Shown here piece after piece: positions 30,569 through 39,816 of a stretch of 64,000 bases of DNA (position 1 is its first letter; each line of letters opens with the position of its first letter). Location: NCBI GenBank assembly GCA_964444195.1, contig CAYUGH010000008.1, positions 939 through 64,938 of the forward strand, given 5' to 3'. The position numbers were made by a program, and so were the translations under genes. Below the pieces are notes generated by a model. The model searched no databases, was not told where the DNA came from, and saw only the letters and a program-made list of their open reading frames with translations. Origin of the DNA: an uncultured Chitinophagaceae bacterium. Lineage in GTDB: Bacteria; Bacteroidota; Bacteroidia; Chitinophagales; Chitinophagaceae.

Positions 30569-31156
30569 ATGATACTTGACATAGCTTCCTGGTGGCAGGC
30601 CCTTGAAAGTTTTGAGAAGATCTATTGGGTCATTGCCCTGCTTTTTTCCTCGCTGTTCGTTACCCAGCTTATTATTTCGTTTGCCGGGGGCGATGGAGAT
30701 TCAATGGGCGATGCCGACCTTTCCATTGGCGATGATGATGGCATGGGATCGCAATACTTTACCTTTAAAAATGCGGTAGCTTTTTTTACCATTTTCGGTT
30801 GGGTAGGCGTGGCAGGAGTAGGGGCCGGATGGAGCCATCCTTTGATTATTACGGTAGGCGTACTGAGCGGATTGGCCATGGTTGCCTTGCTGGTTTTTAT
30901 GCTTTCAAGAATCATGAAGCTCCAGCAAAGCGGTACCATGCAGATTCAAAACGCGGTCCAGCAATTAGGCCATACTTATTTGTATATACCTGGCAACCGC
31001 AAAGGAACAGGAAAGGTTCAGTTGAAAGTGCAGGGCTCTATACACGAACTCGAAGCGCTGACTGACGATTCGGAAGATATCCCGACCGGAAGACCCGTAA
31101 AGGTAACCGGCGTCATAGGAAACGATCTGTTGCTGGTAACCACCAGGCTTGATTAA
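30569..31156 (+). CDS. NfeD-like membrane protein (YqiJ-type flotillin partner)
   Basis: TM helices plus a C-terminal OB-fold beta segment GKVQLKVQGSIHELEALTDDSEDIPTGRPVKVTGV. It lies immediately upstream of the flotillin gene. Confidence 0.55.
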   Translation: MILDIASWWQALESFEKIYWVIALLFSSLFVTQLIISFAGGDGDSMGDADLSIGDDDGMGSQYFTFKNAVAFFTIFGWVGVAGVGAGWSHPLIITVGVLSGLAMVALLVFMLSRIMKLQQSGTMQIQNAVQQLGHTYLYIPGNRKGTGKVQLKVQGSIHELEALTDDSEDIPTGRPVKVTGVIGNDLLLVTTRLD

Positions 31157-31231
31157 TTTTTTAAACCAACCCTTTTAAGCATCTAACCTGTTTCCATTTT
31201 TCATCCAAACAATCTAAAATAATTTCAGCAC

Positions 31232-32770
31232 ATGGACGTCTTTGTAATCATTATTATCGCGGCAATATTTTTTGCGGTCATTCTTTTTCTCTCCATGCTC
31301 AAGCGTTATAAACGCTGCCCTTCCGACCGGATACTGGTTGTATATGGTAAGGTGGGCAGCAATGCCGATGGAGTGCTGAGCGCAAGATGTATTCATGGCG
31401 GTGCGGCCTTTATCTGGCCCGTCATCCAGGACTATGCCTTTATTGACCTGACCCCCATCAGCATTGAAGTAAACCTTACCAATGCGCTGAGCAAGCAAAA
31501 CATCCGCGTTGATGTACCTTCCCGTTTTACGGTGGGTATCAGCACCGAACCTGGCATAATGCAAAATGCCGCCGAACGCCTGTTGGGGCTGCAACGCCCC
31601 GCCATCCATGACCTGGCCAAAGACATTATACTCGGGCAGATGCGCCTGGTGGTGGCCATGATGGATATTGAAGAAATCAACAATAGCCGTGATAAGTTCC
31701 TGGCAAACATTGCAAGCAATGTAGAATCAGAGCTCAAGAAGATCGGCCTGAAAATGATCAACGTAAACGTAACCGACATAAAGGATGAAAGCGGCTACAT
31801 TGAGGCGTTGGGTAAGGAAGCGGCCGCCAAAGCCATAAACGAAGCTAAAATAAGGGTGGCAGAACAGGAGCGTACCGGTGATATTGGTAAAACAGATGCT
31901 GAAAGGGAAAGAGATATCCGCGTGGCCGAAATGCTCCGCGACCGGGATACAGAAGTAGCCCTGGCTAACAAGGACAAAGAAGTAAAGATTGCAGCAGCCA
32001 ACCGCGACGAAAATATTGGCAAGGCCGAGGCCGCAAGAGATACCCGGATAAAAATGGCCGATGCCAATGCTGTAGCAGTTTCAGGTGAAAACCAGGCCAA
32101 AATCCAGATAGCCGCATCGGATGCAGAACGCCGCGAAAGAGAAGCAGAGGCCCTGCGCCGTGCGGTGGCTTCCGAAAAAGTGCAGCAGGCAAAAGCGCTT
32201 GAAGAAGCATACCTCGCCGAAAAGAAAGCCGAAGAAGCCCGCGCCGAACGCGAAAGGGCTCAACAGAATGCCAATATTGTGGTGAGCGCCGAAATCCAGA
32301 AACAACGCGCCATTATTGACGCCGAGGCACAGGCCGAACAAACCCGCGTCAAGGCTAAGGGGGATGCCGATGCCATTTTTGCCAAACTGGAAGCCGAAGC
32401 CCGCGGCCAGTTTGAAATACTGACCAAACAGGCTGAGGGTCTTGACCGGATTGTGAAGGCTGCAGGCAATAGTCCGAAAGATGCTGTGTTGCTGCTGGTA
32501 ACCGATAAATTACCTGAATTGGTTCGCCTGCAATCGGAAGCCATCAAGAACATTAAAATTGATAAAGTAACCGTTTGGGATAGTGGGCAAAACGCCGATG
32601 GGAAAGGCGGCACTGCCAATTTTTTAAGCGGGTTATACAAAAGCGTTCCCCCGCTGAAAGATATGTTTGATTTGGCAGGAATGGATCTGCCTACTTACCT
32701 TGGTAAGGATAAAGGGGCTGGTTCAACTGCGGTGGAAGTAATACCGGAACCCGAACCACCAGTATCATAA
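31232..32770 (+). CDS. Flotillin-family (SPFH/band 7) protein
   Basis: N-terminal TM, SPFH domain and a long Ala/Glu-rich coiled coil. 512 aa. Confidence 0.85.
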   Translation: MDVFVIIIIAAIFFAVILFLSMLKRYKRCPSDRILVVYGKVGSNADGVLSARCIHGGAAFIWPVIQDYAFIDLTPISIEVNLTNALSKQNIRVDVPSRFTVGISTEPGIMQNAAERLLGLQRPAIHDLAKDIILGQMRLVVAMMDIEEINNSRDKFLANIASNVESELKKIGLKMINVNVTDIKDESGYIEALGKEAAAKAINEAKIRVAEQERTGDIGKTDAERERDIRVAEMLRDRDTEVALANKDKEVKIAAANRDENIGKAEAARDTRIKMADANAVAVSGENQAKIQIAASDAERREREAEALRRAVASEKVQQAKALEEAYLAEKKAEEARAERERAQQNANIVVSAEIQKQRAIIDAEAQAEQTRVKAKGDADAIFAKLEAEARGQFEILTKQAEGLDRIVKAAGNSPKDAVLLLVTDKLPELVRLQSEAIKNIKIDKVTVWDSGQNADGKGGTANFLSGLYKSVPPLKDMFDLAGMDLPTYLGKDKGAGSTAVEVIPEPEPPVS

Positions 32771-32784
32771 CAAAAATATTTTTT

Positions 32785-32849
32785 CCCGGAATATTTACTT
32801 TACCAAAAAATATTCCGGGCATAACCAATTGCCCTTTGCAGGGCAATTG
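32785..32849 (+). terminator. Two consecutive hairpins downstream of flotillin: CCCGGAATATTT/AAATATTCCGGG, then a perfect 9-bp stem CAATTGCCC-TTTGCA-GGGCAATTG
   Basis: Read directly. The first hairpin is preceded by T6. The second has no T-run, so it may instead be an operator-like palindrome about 75 bp upstream of the helicase gene. Confidence 0.4.
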
Positions 32850-32923
32850 CTAACCTCAAAAAGGGGGCTGTAAGGATGCGTCATTAAAACCCATCCTTCT
32901 TATCTTCACCCCCAAAAACAAGC

Positions 32924-35074
32924 TTGTCCACCACTGACCTATCCTTTCTGAATGCACCACAGCGCGAAGCCGTTACCAGCGAACGCAAACGCCTCCTCGT
33001 GCTTGCGGGTGCAGGAAGCGGAAAAACCAAAACCCTTCTGCAAAAAATTATTTACCTCATAGAAGAAAAGGGTGTAAGCCCTTCTGAAATACTCGCCATT
33101 ACCTTTACCAAAAACGCCGCCAACGAAATGCTCGACCGGCTGATAGTGACTGCAGATAGGCATGGCGAATATGAAAAAATACTAAACAGCAAGCAGTACG
33201 GAAGGGAATACAAAGACCGCGCCCGGATAGAACATCAACGGCAATACAAATGGATTGAGGGGCTGACTGTACGTACCTTTCACGGCTTTTGCTATGGCAT
33301 GCTGCGCAACTACGGGGTCAATGAGTTCGACAATCAGTTTAAGATTATTGGCAATGAAAAGCAGAATGAAGATACGGACCTGGGCAAATTAGCAGCGCCT
33401 GAAACTGCTTTTGAAGTGTACCACAAACTGCTGATTGAACTTTGTGAAGACACTGATTTCCTGTTGCGTTTCAAGCGGTATATCCTTGATTATTTTGTCA
33501 ATAAAATACATCTTGATAAAGAAAAGCGCTACGACACCCATAAAGACGGGAAATATTATGCCACCCTGAATGGAACAAGGGTACGCTCCAAAAGCGAGCA
33601 GTATATAGCCGACTGGCTTTACCGCCACAGCATACGGTTTGAATATGAGCCGCTGCTGAATGTGAAAGACTTTGAATTCAGGCCAGATTTTTACATACCC
33701 GACGCCAATATTTACCTCGAACATATAAGCGATAAAAGCCATCCTATCCGCAACAAAGAAGAACAGTTTGAAAAAGGCAACCTGCTGCTTGTAAAAACCT
33801 ATGAAAGCATGACGCTTGATTCGGCGTTGTTTAACCATACGCTTGATAAAGTCATTAAAAACAGGCTGCCAGCCGCTTACCACAAAACCGTAACGCTTAC
33901 CTACAAAGAAGAAATGAACGGCTACCACGAGCAGGTAAAGGATTTTATTGTAATGGTGATGCGGGTAACCGATATGATGAAGGTAGAAAACCTCGAACGA
34001 AAAACAATTGCTGCCCGTGCAGAAAAAGATCAGCACGAAAGGGTGCGCGATTTTTTTGCGCTTTGCCTGCCGCTTGTAGAAAAATATATATCATACTGCG
34101 TAAACAAATCCTACCTCGATTTTAATGACATGATCTCGCGTAGCATTTCCCTGCTGCAAAACCATGAAGATATTGCGCACAAATTCCGCAACCGGTATCG
34201 CTTTATACTTGTAGATGAGTTTCAGGATGTAAACAACCTACAGGTGGAACTGATAAAACTGCTGCTTACCAAAAGTACCCAACTGTTTTGCGTGGGCGAC
34301 GACTGGCAAAGCATTTACGGATTTCGCGGTTCCAATGTGAGCTATATTATTGATTTCGAAAAACATTTTGCCCCTGCAAAAATCATTAAGCTAAACCTGA
34401 ATTACAGGAGCACCCAGCACATTGTGGGCGCAAGCAACGAGGTTATCAAACACAACAGGTTTAAGGTAGAAAAGGATATTCATGCCAGCAAAAAATCTGA
34501 ACATAAAATTGTGGTGTACTCGGGCAACAACGAGGAAGAAAACCTTCAGTTTTGTGTAGAAACCATCCGTGAATTTTTGAACGAAGGGTTGGGCAACGAG
34601 GATATTCTTTTCTTATACCGCCGGAGCAAAATGTTCACGCCGTATTTTTTCCGTTTTAAAAATGAAAACCTGCGGGTCAAGGCCAAAACCATTCATGCTG
34701 CCAAAGGGCTCGAAGCTAAAGTGGTATTCATTATCGGGCTAACCGACGGGTATGGCGGATTCCCCGATATCTGGCTCGAAGACCGCATTTTCCAGGTCAT
34801 AAAAAAAGCCAACCATGATCTTTTGATGGAGGAAGAAAGAAGGCTGTTTTATGTAGCCCTTACCCGCGCAAAGGAAAAACTATTCCTGATTACCGAAAAA
34901 GGAAGGGAATCCTCATTTATAAAAGAAATACCCCAAACCTACACCGTACGCAGCACCATACCGGTAAAAGCACTGGTTGATGAAATCGCGCTATGCAGTA
35001 CATGCTTCAGTCAATTGGAAAAGCTGTGGAAGGTTTGTCCGTATTGCGGTGCGAAGGTAGAGGTTGAGGGCTGA
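32924..35074 (+). CDS. UvrD/Rep-like SF1 helicase with an internal PD-(D/E)xK-like nuclease insert and a C-terminal zinc ribbon
   Basis: Walker A GAGSGKTKT. DExx motif VDEFQD. SF1 motifs (DDWQSIYGFRG, NYRST, VALTRAKEKL). An internal insert RSKSEQYIADWLYRHSIRFEYEPL...FRPDFYIPDANIYLEH is restriction-endonuclease/Vsr-like. The C-terminus CSTCFSQLEKLWKVCPYCGAKVEV is a CxxC...CxxC ribbon. Confidence 0.75.
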   Translation: MSTTDLSFLNAPQREAVTSERKRLLVLAGAGSGKTKTLLQKIIYLIEEKGVSPSEILAITFTKNAANEMLDRLIVTADRHGEYEKILNSKQYGREYKDRARIEHQRQYKWIEGLTVRTFHGFCYGMLRNYGVNEFDNQFKIIGNEKQNEDTDLGKLAAPETAFEVYHKLLIELCEDTDFLLRFKRYILDYFVNKIHLDKEKRYDTHKDGKYYATLNGTRVRSKSEQYIADWLYRHSIRFEYEPLLNVKDFEFRPDFYIPDANIYLEHISDKSHPIRNKEEQFEKGNLLLVKTYESMTLDSALFNHTLDKVIKNRLPAAYHKTVTLTYKEEMNGYHEQVKDFIVMVMRVTDMMKVENLERKTIAARAEKDQHERVRDFFALCLPLVEKYISYCVNKSYLDFNDMISRSISLLQNHEDIAHKFRNRYRFILVDEFQDVNNLQVELIKLLLTKSTQLFCVGDDWQSIYGFRGSNVSYIIDFEKHFAPAKIIKLNLNYRSTQHIVGASNEVIKHNRFKVEKDIHASKKSEHKIVVYSGNNEEENLQFCVETIREFLNEGLGNEDILFLYRRSKMFTPYFFRFKNENLRVKAKTIHAAKGLEAKVVFIIGLTDGYGGFPDIWLEDRIFQVIKKANHDLLMEEERRLFYVALTRAKEKLFLITEKGRESSFIKEIPQTYTVRSTIPVKALVDEIALCSTCFSQLEKLWKVCPYCGAKVEVEG

Positions 35075-35172
35075 ACGCGGACGCAAACCTCCTTCCCTAT
35101 ATCTAAAATTGCCATTTTTGCTTATTTAACAAAGAAGCAAATTAAAAACTATTGATTAAATTTACGTCTTTA

Positions 35173-35231
35173 AAATCAATTAATCGTGCAAATTTAAAAT
35201 TATTTTTTAAATTTGCACGATTAATTGATTT
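35173..35231. promoter_or_regulatory. Perfect 23-bp inverted repeat (AAATCAATTAATCGTGCAAATTT / AAATTTGCACGATTAATTGATTT) with a 13-nt AT spacer, ending 4 bp before the ATPase ATG
   Basis: Read directly. The arms are exact reverse complements. It sits in the 160-bp helicase-ATPase intergenic region. Confidence 0.6.
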
Positions 35232-35234
35232 ACT

Positions 35235-36386
35235 ATGAATACAAGGCTGCTCATAAAACTATTGGAGAAGGACCTCTTATCAGTTCCTGCGGTGGTTTTG
35301 TATGGACCCCGCCAGGTAGGGAAAACAACCATTGTTAAACAACTGGTTGAGGGTGATCCGGAAAGGTACCTCTACCTCGATATGGAACTTCCTTCAGACC
35401 GGGTAAAGCTGACGGAGCCGGAACTATTTTTAACACGTCTCGAAGATAAAACCGTAATCATTGATGAAGTTCAGTTTGTACCGGACCTGTTCCCGGTTTT
35501 ACGTGCATTAATTGACAAAAAAAATATACCCGGAAGATTTATCCTCTTAGGTTCTGCCTCGCCTGAATTATTGCAGCAAAGCGCCGAATCGCTCGCAGGC
35601 CGGATTCGTTACCGGGAACTTTTTCCATTCATTTTATCCGAAATTGATAGAACAGAAAACGATAAGCTCTGGTTTCGCGGAGGATTTCCCCGGGCCTTCC
35701 TCGCCGCAGATGATGAAGATGCCATGCAATGGTATGCCGATTTTGTAAGAACCTACACCACCCGCGATCTGCCGTTGCTTGGCCTAAGCATGCCTGCTTT
35801 GCAAACAGAAAGATTGTTGCAAATGCTCGCCCATCAGCATGGCCAATTGCTCAACTATACAACCCTCTCAAAATCATTGGGAATATCTCAACCAACGGTT
35901 ACTAATGCAATATACTACCTGGAAGAAGCCATGCTGGTAAAAACACTGAAACCATGGCACGGAAATCCCGGAAAGCGATTAGTGAAAACGCCAAAGTTGT
36001 ATATCCGCGACAGTGGCATGCTTCACTATTTATTGGGAACAGGCAGTTTCAACCAATTAATGGGGCACCCACAGGTGGGCAATAGCTGGGAAGGATTTGT
36101 AATACAGCAGATATTGGGCCGTTTACCTGCCAGCCTCGTCCCATATTTTTACAGAACCGGCGCTGGCGCTGAGCTCGACCTTGTATTGGCAAGAGGAAAT
36201 ACCATAGCCCATGCCATCGAAATAAAACTAAGCAGCGCCCCGAAACTTAGCCGCGGTAATACCGAAAGCGTAATGGAACTTAAGCCCGAACACCGCGCAG
36301 TAATCATTGCGGCCGAAGGAGGATACCCGCTGAGGGATGGGTGGGAAGTATTCAGCCTGGATGGGTTTTTGCGCAGCCTACACTAA
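35235..36386 (+). CDS. AAA-type ATPase of the AAA_14/DUF4143 family
   Basis: Walker A LYGPRQVGKTT. Walker B VIIDEVQ. C-terminal DUF4143-like region. 383 aa. Confidence 0.7.
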   Translation: MNTRLLIKLLEKDLLSVPAVVLYGPRQVGKTTIVKQLVEGDPERYLYLDMELPSDRVKLTEPELFLTRLEDKTVIIDEVQFVPDLFPVLRALIDKKNIPGRFILLGSASPELLQQSAESLAGRIRYRELFPFILSEIDRTENDKLWFRGGFPRAFLAADDEDAMQWYADFVRTYTTRDLPLLGLSMPALQTERLLQMLAHQHGQLLNYTTLSKSLGISQPTVTNAIYYLEEAMLVKTLKPWHGNPGKRLVKTPKLYIRDSGMLHYLLGTGSFNQLMGHPQVGNSWEGFVIQQILGRLPASLVPYFYRTGAGAELDLVLARGNTIAHAIEIKLSSAPKLSRGNTESVMELKPEHRAVIIAAEGGYPLRDGWEVFSLDGFLRSLH

Positions 36387-36454
36387 TAATCAGCCTCCGG
36401 ATTTCAGATTACCAGAAGTGTTAGGAACTTAATTCAAAAAGTTACCATCATAAA

Positions 36455-36808
36455 TTATTTTCGATTATATCTCTTTGAAAAAAGGATATATAGCCCAACT
36501 GAAGTATATTGTTTGTTAATGGGTGAAAGGTCCTCATAATGGGTATCAAACGAAGTAAGACTATATTGCAACTGAAGTTTTACATCTTTATATCCTGCTC
36601 TAAGTGTAAAACAAGGTTCAAACAAAAGTTTTGAGCCTTGTTCCTTAAAAAATTGGTCAGCTTGATTTTTCATGGACGGCTCGGTCAGAAAATATGAATG
36701 ACTGGTAAAGTTTACAAAAGACAATTTTGGTGTTACAATAAAATCAAAATATTTTGTCGTAACACCACCCGAGGGCTGTATAAACACTTTAAGATGTTTG
36801 GCGTTCAT
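36455..36808 (-). other. Hypothetical ORF; possibly an N-terminally truncated outer-membrane beta-barrel remnant
   Basis: Beta-strand-like alternating pattern, with no signal peptide. Its 5' end overlaps the start of the DUF1287 gene. Coding status is uncertain. Confidence 0.25.
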
Positions 36809-37381
36809 CTGGTTTGTTTTCTGGTTGTTTGCACTCTTTCCAAATCCCATGCCTCCAAATGCTTCCCAGGACAATTTTTTATCCTTGGAGGTTCCATACC
36901 TGCCCCCGACCGCGGGGTGTGCGCCGATGTGGTGGTGCGTGCATTACGTGCCTGCAAATTAACGGGAGATACAGCGGCTATAGACCTGCAACGATGGGTT
37001 CACGAAGACATGAAGAAAAATTTCCATCTCTATCCGAAGTGCTGGGGCCTCTCAAAGCCCGACCCAAACATTGACCACCGCCGCGTTCCCAACCTGATGA
37101 CTTTTTTTGAAAGGCATGGAAAAAGCCTATCCACAAGTGAGGAACCCGGGGACTACCATCCGGGTGATATTGTTGCCTGGCAACTCAGCGATGGGCGTCC
37201 GCATATTGGTATTGTAGTAGCAGGGTATGGCAGCAATGGCTGGCCGTTGGTGGTCCACAATATTGGTCACGGGCAGCAAAAGGCAAATGTGTTATTTAGC
37301 TGGAAGGTAACTGGTCATTACCGGTACCTCCCCCAAGTGGAGCTGATCACGGATGCTGATGACCATTCATCAATACGGTAG
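36794..37381 (+). CDS. DUF1287-family protein (secreted)
   Basis: Signal peptide MFGVHLVCFLVVCTLSKSHA. Conserved DUF1287-like block GVCADVVVRALRA...NIDHRRVPNLMTFFERHG...GDIVAW...HIGIVV...HNIGHG...TGHYRY. The ORF track N-terminal extension is discarded. Confidence 0.6.
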   Translation: MFGVHLVCFLVVCTLSKSHASKCFPGQFFILGGSIPAPDRGVCADVVVRALRACKLTGDTAAIDLQRWVHEDMKKNFHLYPKCWGLSKPDPNIDHRRVPNLMTFFERHGKSLSTSEEPGDYHPGDIVAWQLSDGRPHIGIVVAGYGSNGWPLVVHNIGHGQQKANVLFSWKVTGHYRYLPQVELITDADDHSSIR

Positions 37382-37428
37382 CATTTTTACACGGCCTATA
37401 TTATCTTTAGGCCCTTATCTACCTGTTC

Positions 37429-38560
37429 ATGAAAAATCAACTGCTTCCTTTTATCACTGTTGTTATTGTTCCTGCTTTCCTTTTTGCCCAAAAAAATGCT
37501 TCCATCTCTTTTGAAAAATGGATTAGCCTTAAAAGAAATGACCACCGTGGTTAAAAATCCAACAGGTGATTTTTTTAATAACTGGAACCCCAATGGAACC
37601 GCCTTTGTGTACGGAAGCGAAGTGAATGATTCCATAACTGATTTCTATAAAAACAACCGGTTGTTTATTTACGACCTCAAAGCCAAAACAAGCCTCGAAA
37701 TAGCACAAAATATTGATGAAACAAAATCGGTGGTTGACTGGAATAAATCGGGGCTCTTTATTTCAGCATTGGATAAAACCAAACGAAAATTATTCAGGGT
37801 GGATGTGCAAACCGGCCATTCAAGTCAGGAAACCATTGCGCTCGATTTGCCCGCAGGCATTTCATTCAGCGGCCCCACAGGGATAGACCTGGCCGACCCT
37901 GTGCCAGGCACTGTTTACCCGATTATGCAATGGGTGGAAAAAGGCGCGCTCGTGCTTAGGGTGAATTATCGTGGCAGTGCCGGGTATGGCGAAAAATTCC
38001 GCTCCCTCAATGTGGGCAACTAGGGTGTTGGCGATATGTGGGATGTAATGAGCTGGATAGATTACCTCGACGGCAAAGGAATGATAGACACTACCCGCAT
38101 GGGTTGCATGGGCTGGAGCCAGGGTGGATATATTTCGGCATTTTTAACTACCAACACCAACCGGTTCAAGGCCATTTCGGTAGGCGCGGGCATTTCAAAC
38201 TGGGTAACCTATTATGTAAATACCGATATTACCCCTTTTACCCGCCAATACCTGCAAGCTACTCCCTGGCAGGACATGGAGGTGTACCTGAAAACCTCCC
38301 CCATGACCAATATCAACAAGGCAAGCACCCCTACGCCTATTCAACACGGCGAGTTCGATAAACGGGTACCCATACCAAATGCGTACGAACTGTACCGCGG
38401 ACTCCAGGACAGGGGCATCGCATCAAAACTGATTGTGTATAAGGGCTTCGGGCACGGAATTAATAAACCAAAGGAACGCCTGGCAGCCGTTTGGCACAAC
38501 TGGCTCTGGTTTAATGATTACATTTTTGGCGAAAAAGCGGAAGCTATGCCTGTAGAGTGA
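37429..38560 (+). pseudogene. Decayed S9 (prolyl oligopeptidase-family) serine peptidase: frameshift, internal loss and an in-frame TAG
   Basis: The signal-peptide ORF (MKNQLLPFITVVIVPAFLFAQ...) ends after 41 codons. The reading then continues in another frame (37460-38023), ending ...VNYRGSAGYGEKFRSLNVGN*. Immediately after that TAG come GVGDMWDV...GWSQGGY (nucleophile elbow)...HGEFDKRVP, which is the remainder of the catalytic domain. The total is far shorter than intact S9 enzymes. Confidence 0.7.
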
Positions 38561-38647
38561 AGGAATGAAGTGATTAGGGATTAGTAGGCTGCTATCCACA
38601 ATAATGCAAATTATCCAACGATTTGATTCTGGACTAATTTTGCGTCC

Positions 38648-39043
38648 ATGAGCAGCACTCTTTTGCCGACAACTATTATTTCAGAAGAAACCATTCTTTC
38701 GCTTGCTGGTTTAACCATGGACGAAGCGCAGGTAACCGTGCATGTGGTGTACAAGGCAACCTATTCAGGTAGTGCCATCCGGATTTGGCCTACCACTTAC
38801 CTTGTTCCCCAGGAAGGCGGGAATAAAAGTAAACTACTGACTTTTGAAAACATTTCTCTGGCTCCTTTTTGGACCATTCTCAGGCGAAAAGGCGAGTTCA
38901 GGTTCACCCTGGTATTTTCACCGCTGCCCAAATCCTGCAAACTATTTCATCTTTGGGAAGATATTGATCAACCAGGAGGTTTCCTCATCCGCAACATCAA
39001 ACGCAACCAAACCGATGTGTACGAAGTATTACTTGAACCCTAA
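38648..39043 (+). CDS. Hypothetical protein (131 aa, no recognizable motif)
   Basis: A clean ORF with a plausible start and typical codon usage. No motif I can recognise. Confidence 0.4.
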   Translation: MSSTLLPTTIISEETILSLAGLTMDEAQVTVHVVYKATYSGSAIRIWPTTYLVPQEGGNKSKLLTFENISLAPFWTILRRKGEFRFTLVFSPLPKSCKLFHLWEDIDQPGGFLIRNIKRNQTDVYEVLLEP

Positions 39044-39156
39044 ACCATACTTTTGCAAAATTATTCTACACACTCAAACTTTATCCCCACTCCACTTTCT
39101 TATTTCTTATTATTTATTCAATGTCGCTTTAATAACTTTCAAATAACAAATAATCA

Positions 39157-39654
39157 ATGCTTACGGGTTATCGGATTCTGACATACATATTGCTTCCTTT
39201 TGCTGCCATTCTTGGCCTGCTGACCCTTGTTACCCTTTTTGCGTCATTGGCCAATATAGCCGGGCTCTTACCCGCTTTTCTTTGCGGGGCAACTGTCATA
39301 TACATTGTTGTAAGTTTCAATTTCTTGCATAAAAGCATCCTGGGTGGCCTGCCTTCAAAGCCCTCCCTGTACGACTGGATCAGGGTAAACGGCTTTGTGG
39401 CCTTGTTTATGGGTGCGCTTTTTATTTTTCAAAGCATTTATTTTAGAGATAAACCCGACCTTAACCAGCAATTGCAGGCGCAAATGGAAGCCATGAAAGC
39501 TGATATGCCCGATGCGGGACCTTTGCCTGACCTGAACAAAATTGTCAGGTGGGTGCTGAATTTCATGCTGTTAGCCGGTTCTTTACTCGTTCTCCATGTT
39601 ATAACAACCTTTGCCTTTCTTAGAAAATTTGCCGGGTACTTCCGCAATTCTTAA
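39157..39654 (+). CDS. Hypothetical membrane protein (about 4 TM helices)
   Basis: Four hydrophobic segments. No recognisable family. Confidence 0.45.
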   Translation: MLTGYRILTYILLPFAAILGLLTLVTLFASLANIAGLLPAFLCGATVIYIVVSFNFLHKSILGGLPSKPSLYDWIRVNGFVALFMGALFIFQSIYFRDKPDLNQQLQAQMEAMKADMPDAGPLPDLNKIVRWVLNFMLLAGSLLVLHVITTFAFLRKFAGYFRNS

Positions 39655-39816
39655 TTCCGGTAAACATTAGGGGAAAATCTTTATCTTAGAATCCTTGGTA
39701 GTCGCAGTTTTGCTGCATTTTTCGTATTTATTTTTTAAATATGTGAAATATTTGACTGTTTTTTCGCATTTTTGGAGCAATTGAAAGTCTATTGTTAACT
39801 TTTTGAAACCACTAAC

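Noticed and set aside
31432-32640. Several minus-strand ORFs inside the flotillin gene
   Set aside because: They overlap the Ala/Glu/Arg-rich coiled-coil coding region. The GC-rich repetitive codons give open antisense frames by chance, with Ser/Ala/Leu-rich nonsense translations.
36698-36793. N-terminal 32-codon extension of the DUF1287 ORF given in the ORF track
   Set aside because: The extension (MTGKVYKRQFWCYNK...) precedes a clear signal peptide beginning at the Met at 36794, and it overlaps the opposite-strand ORF. The downstream Met is the more plausible start.
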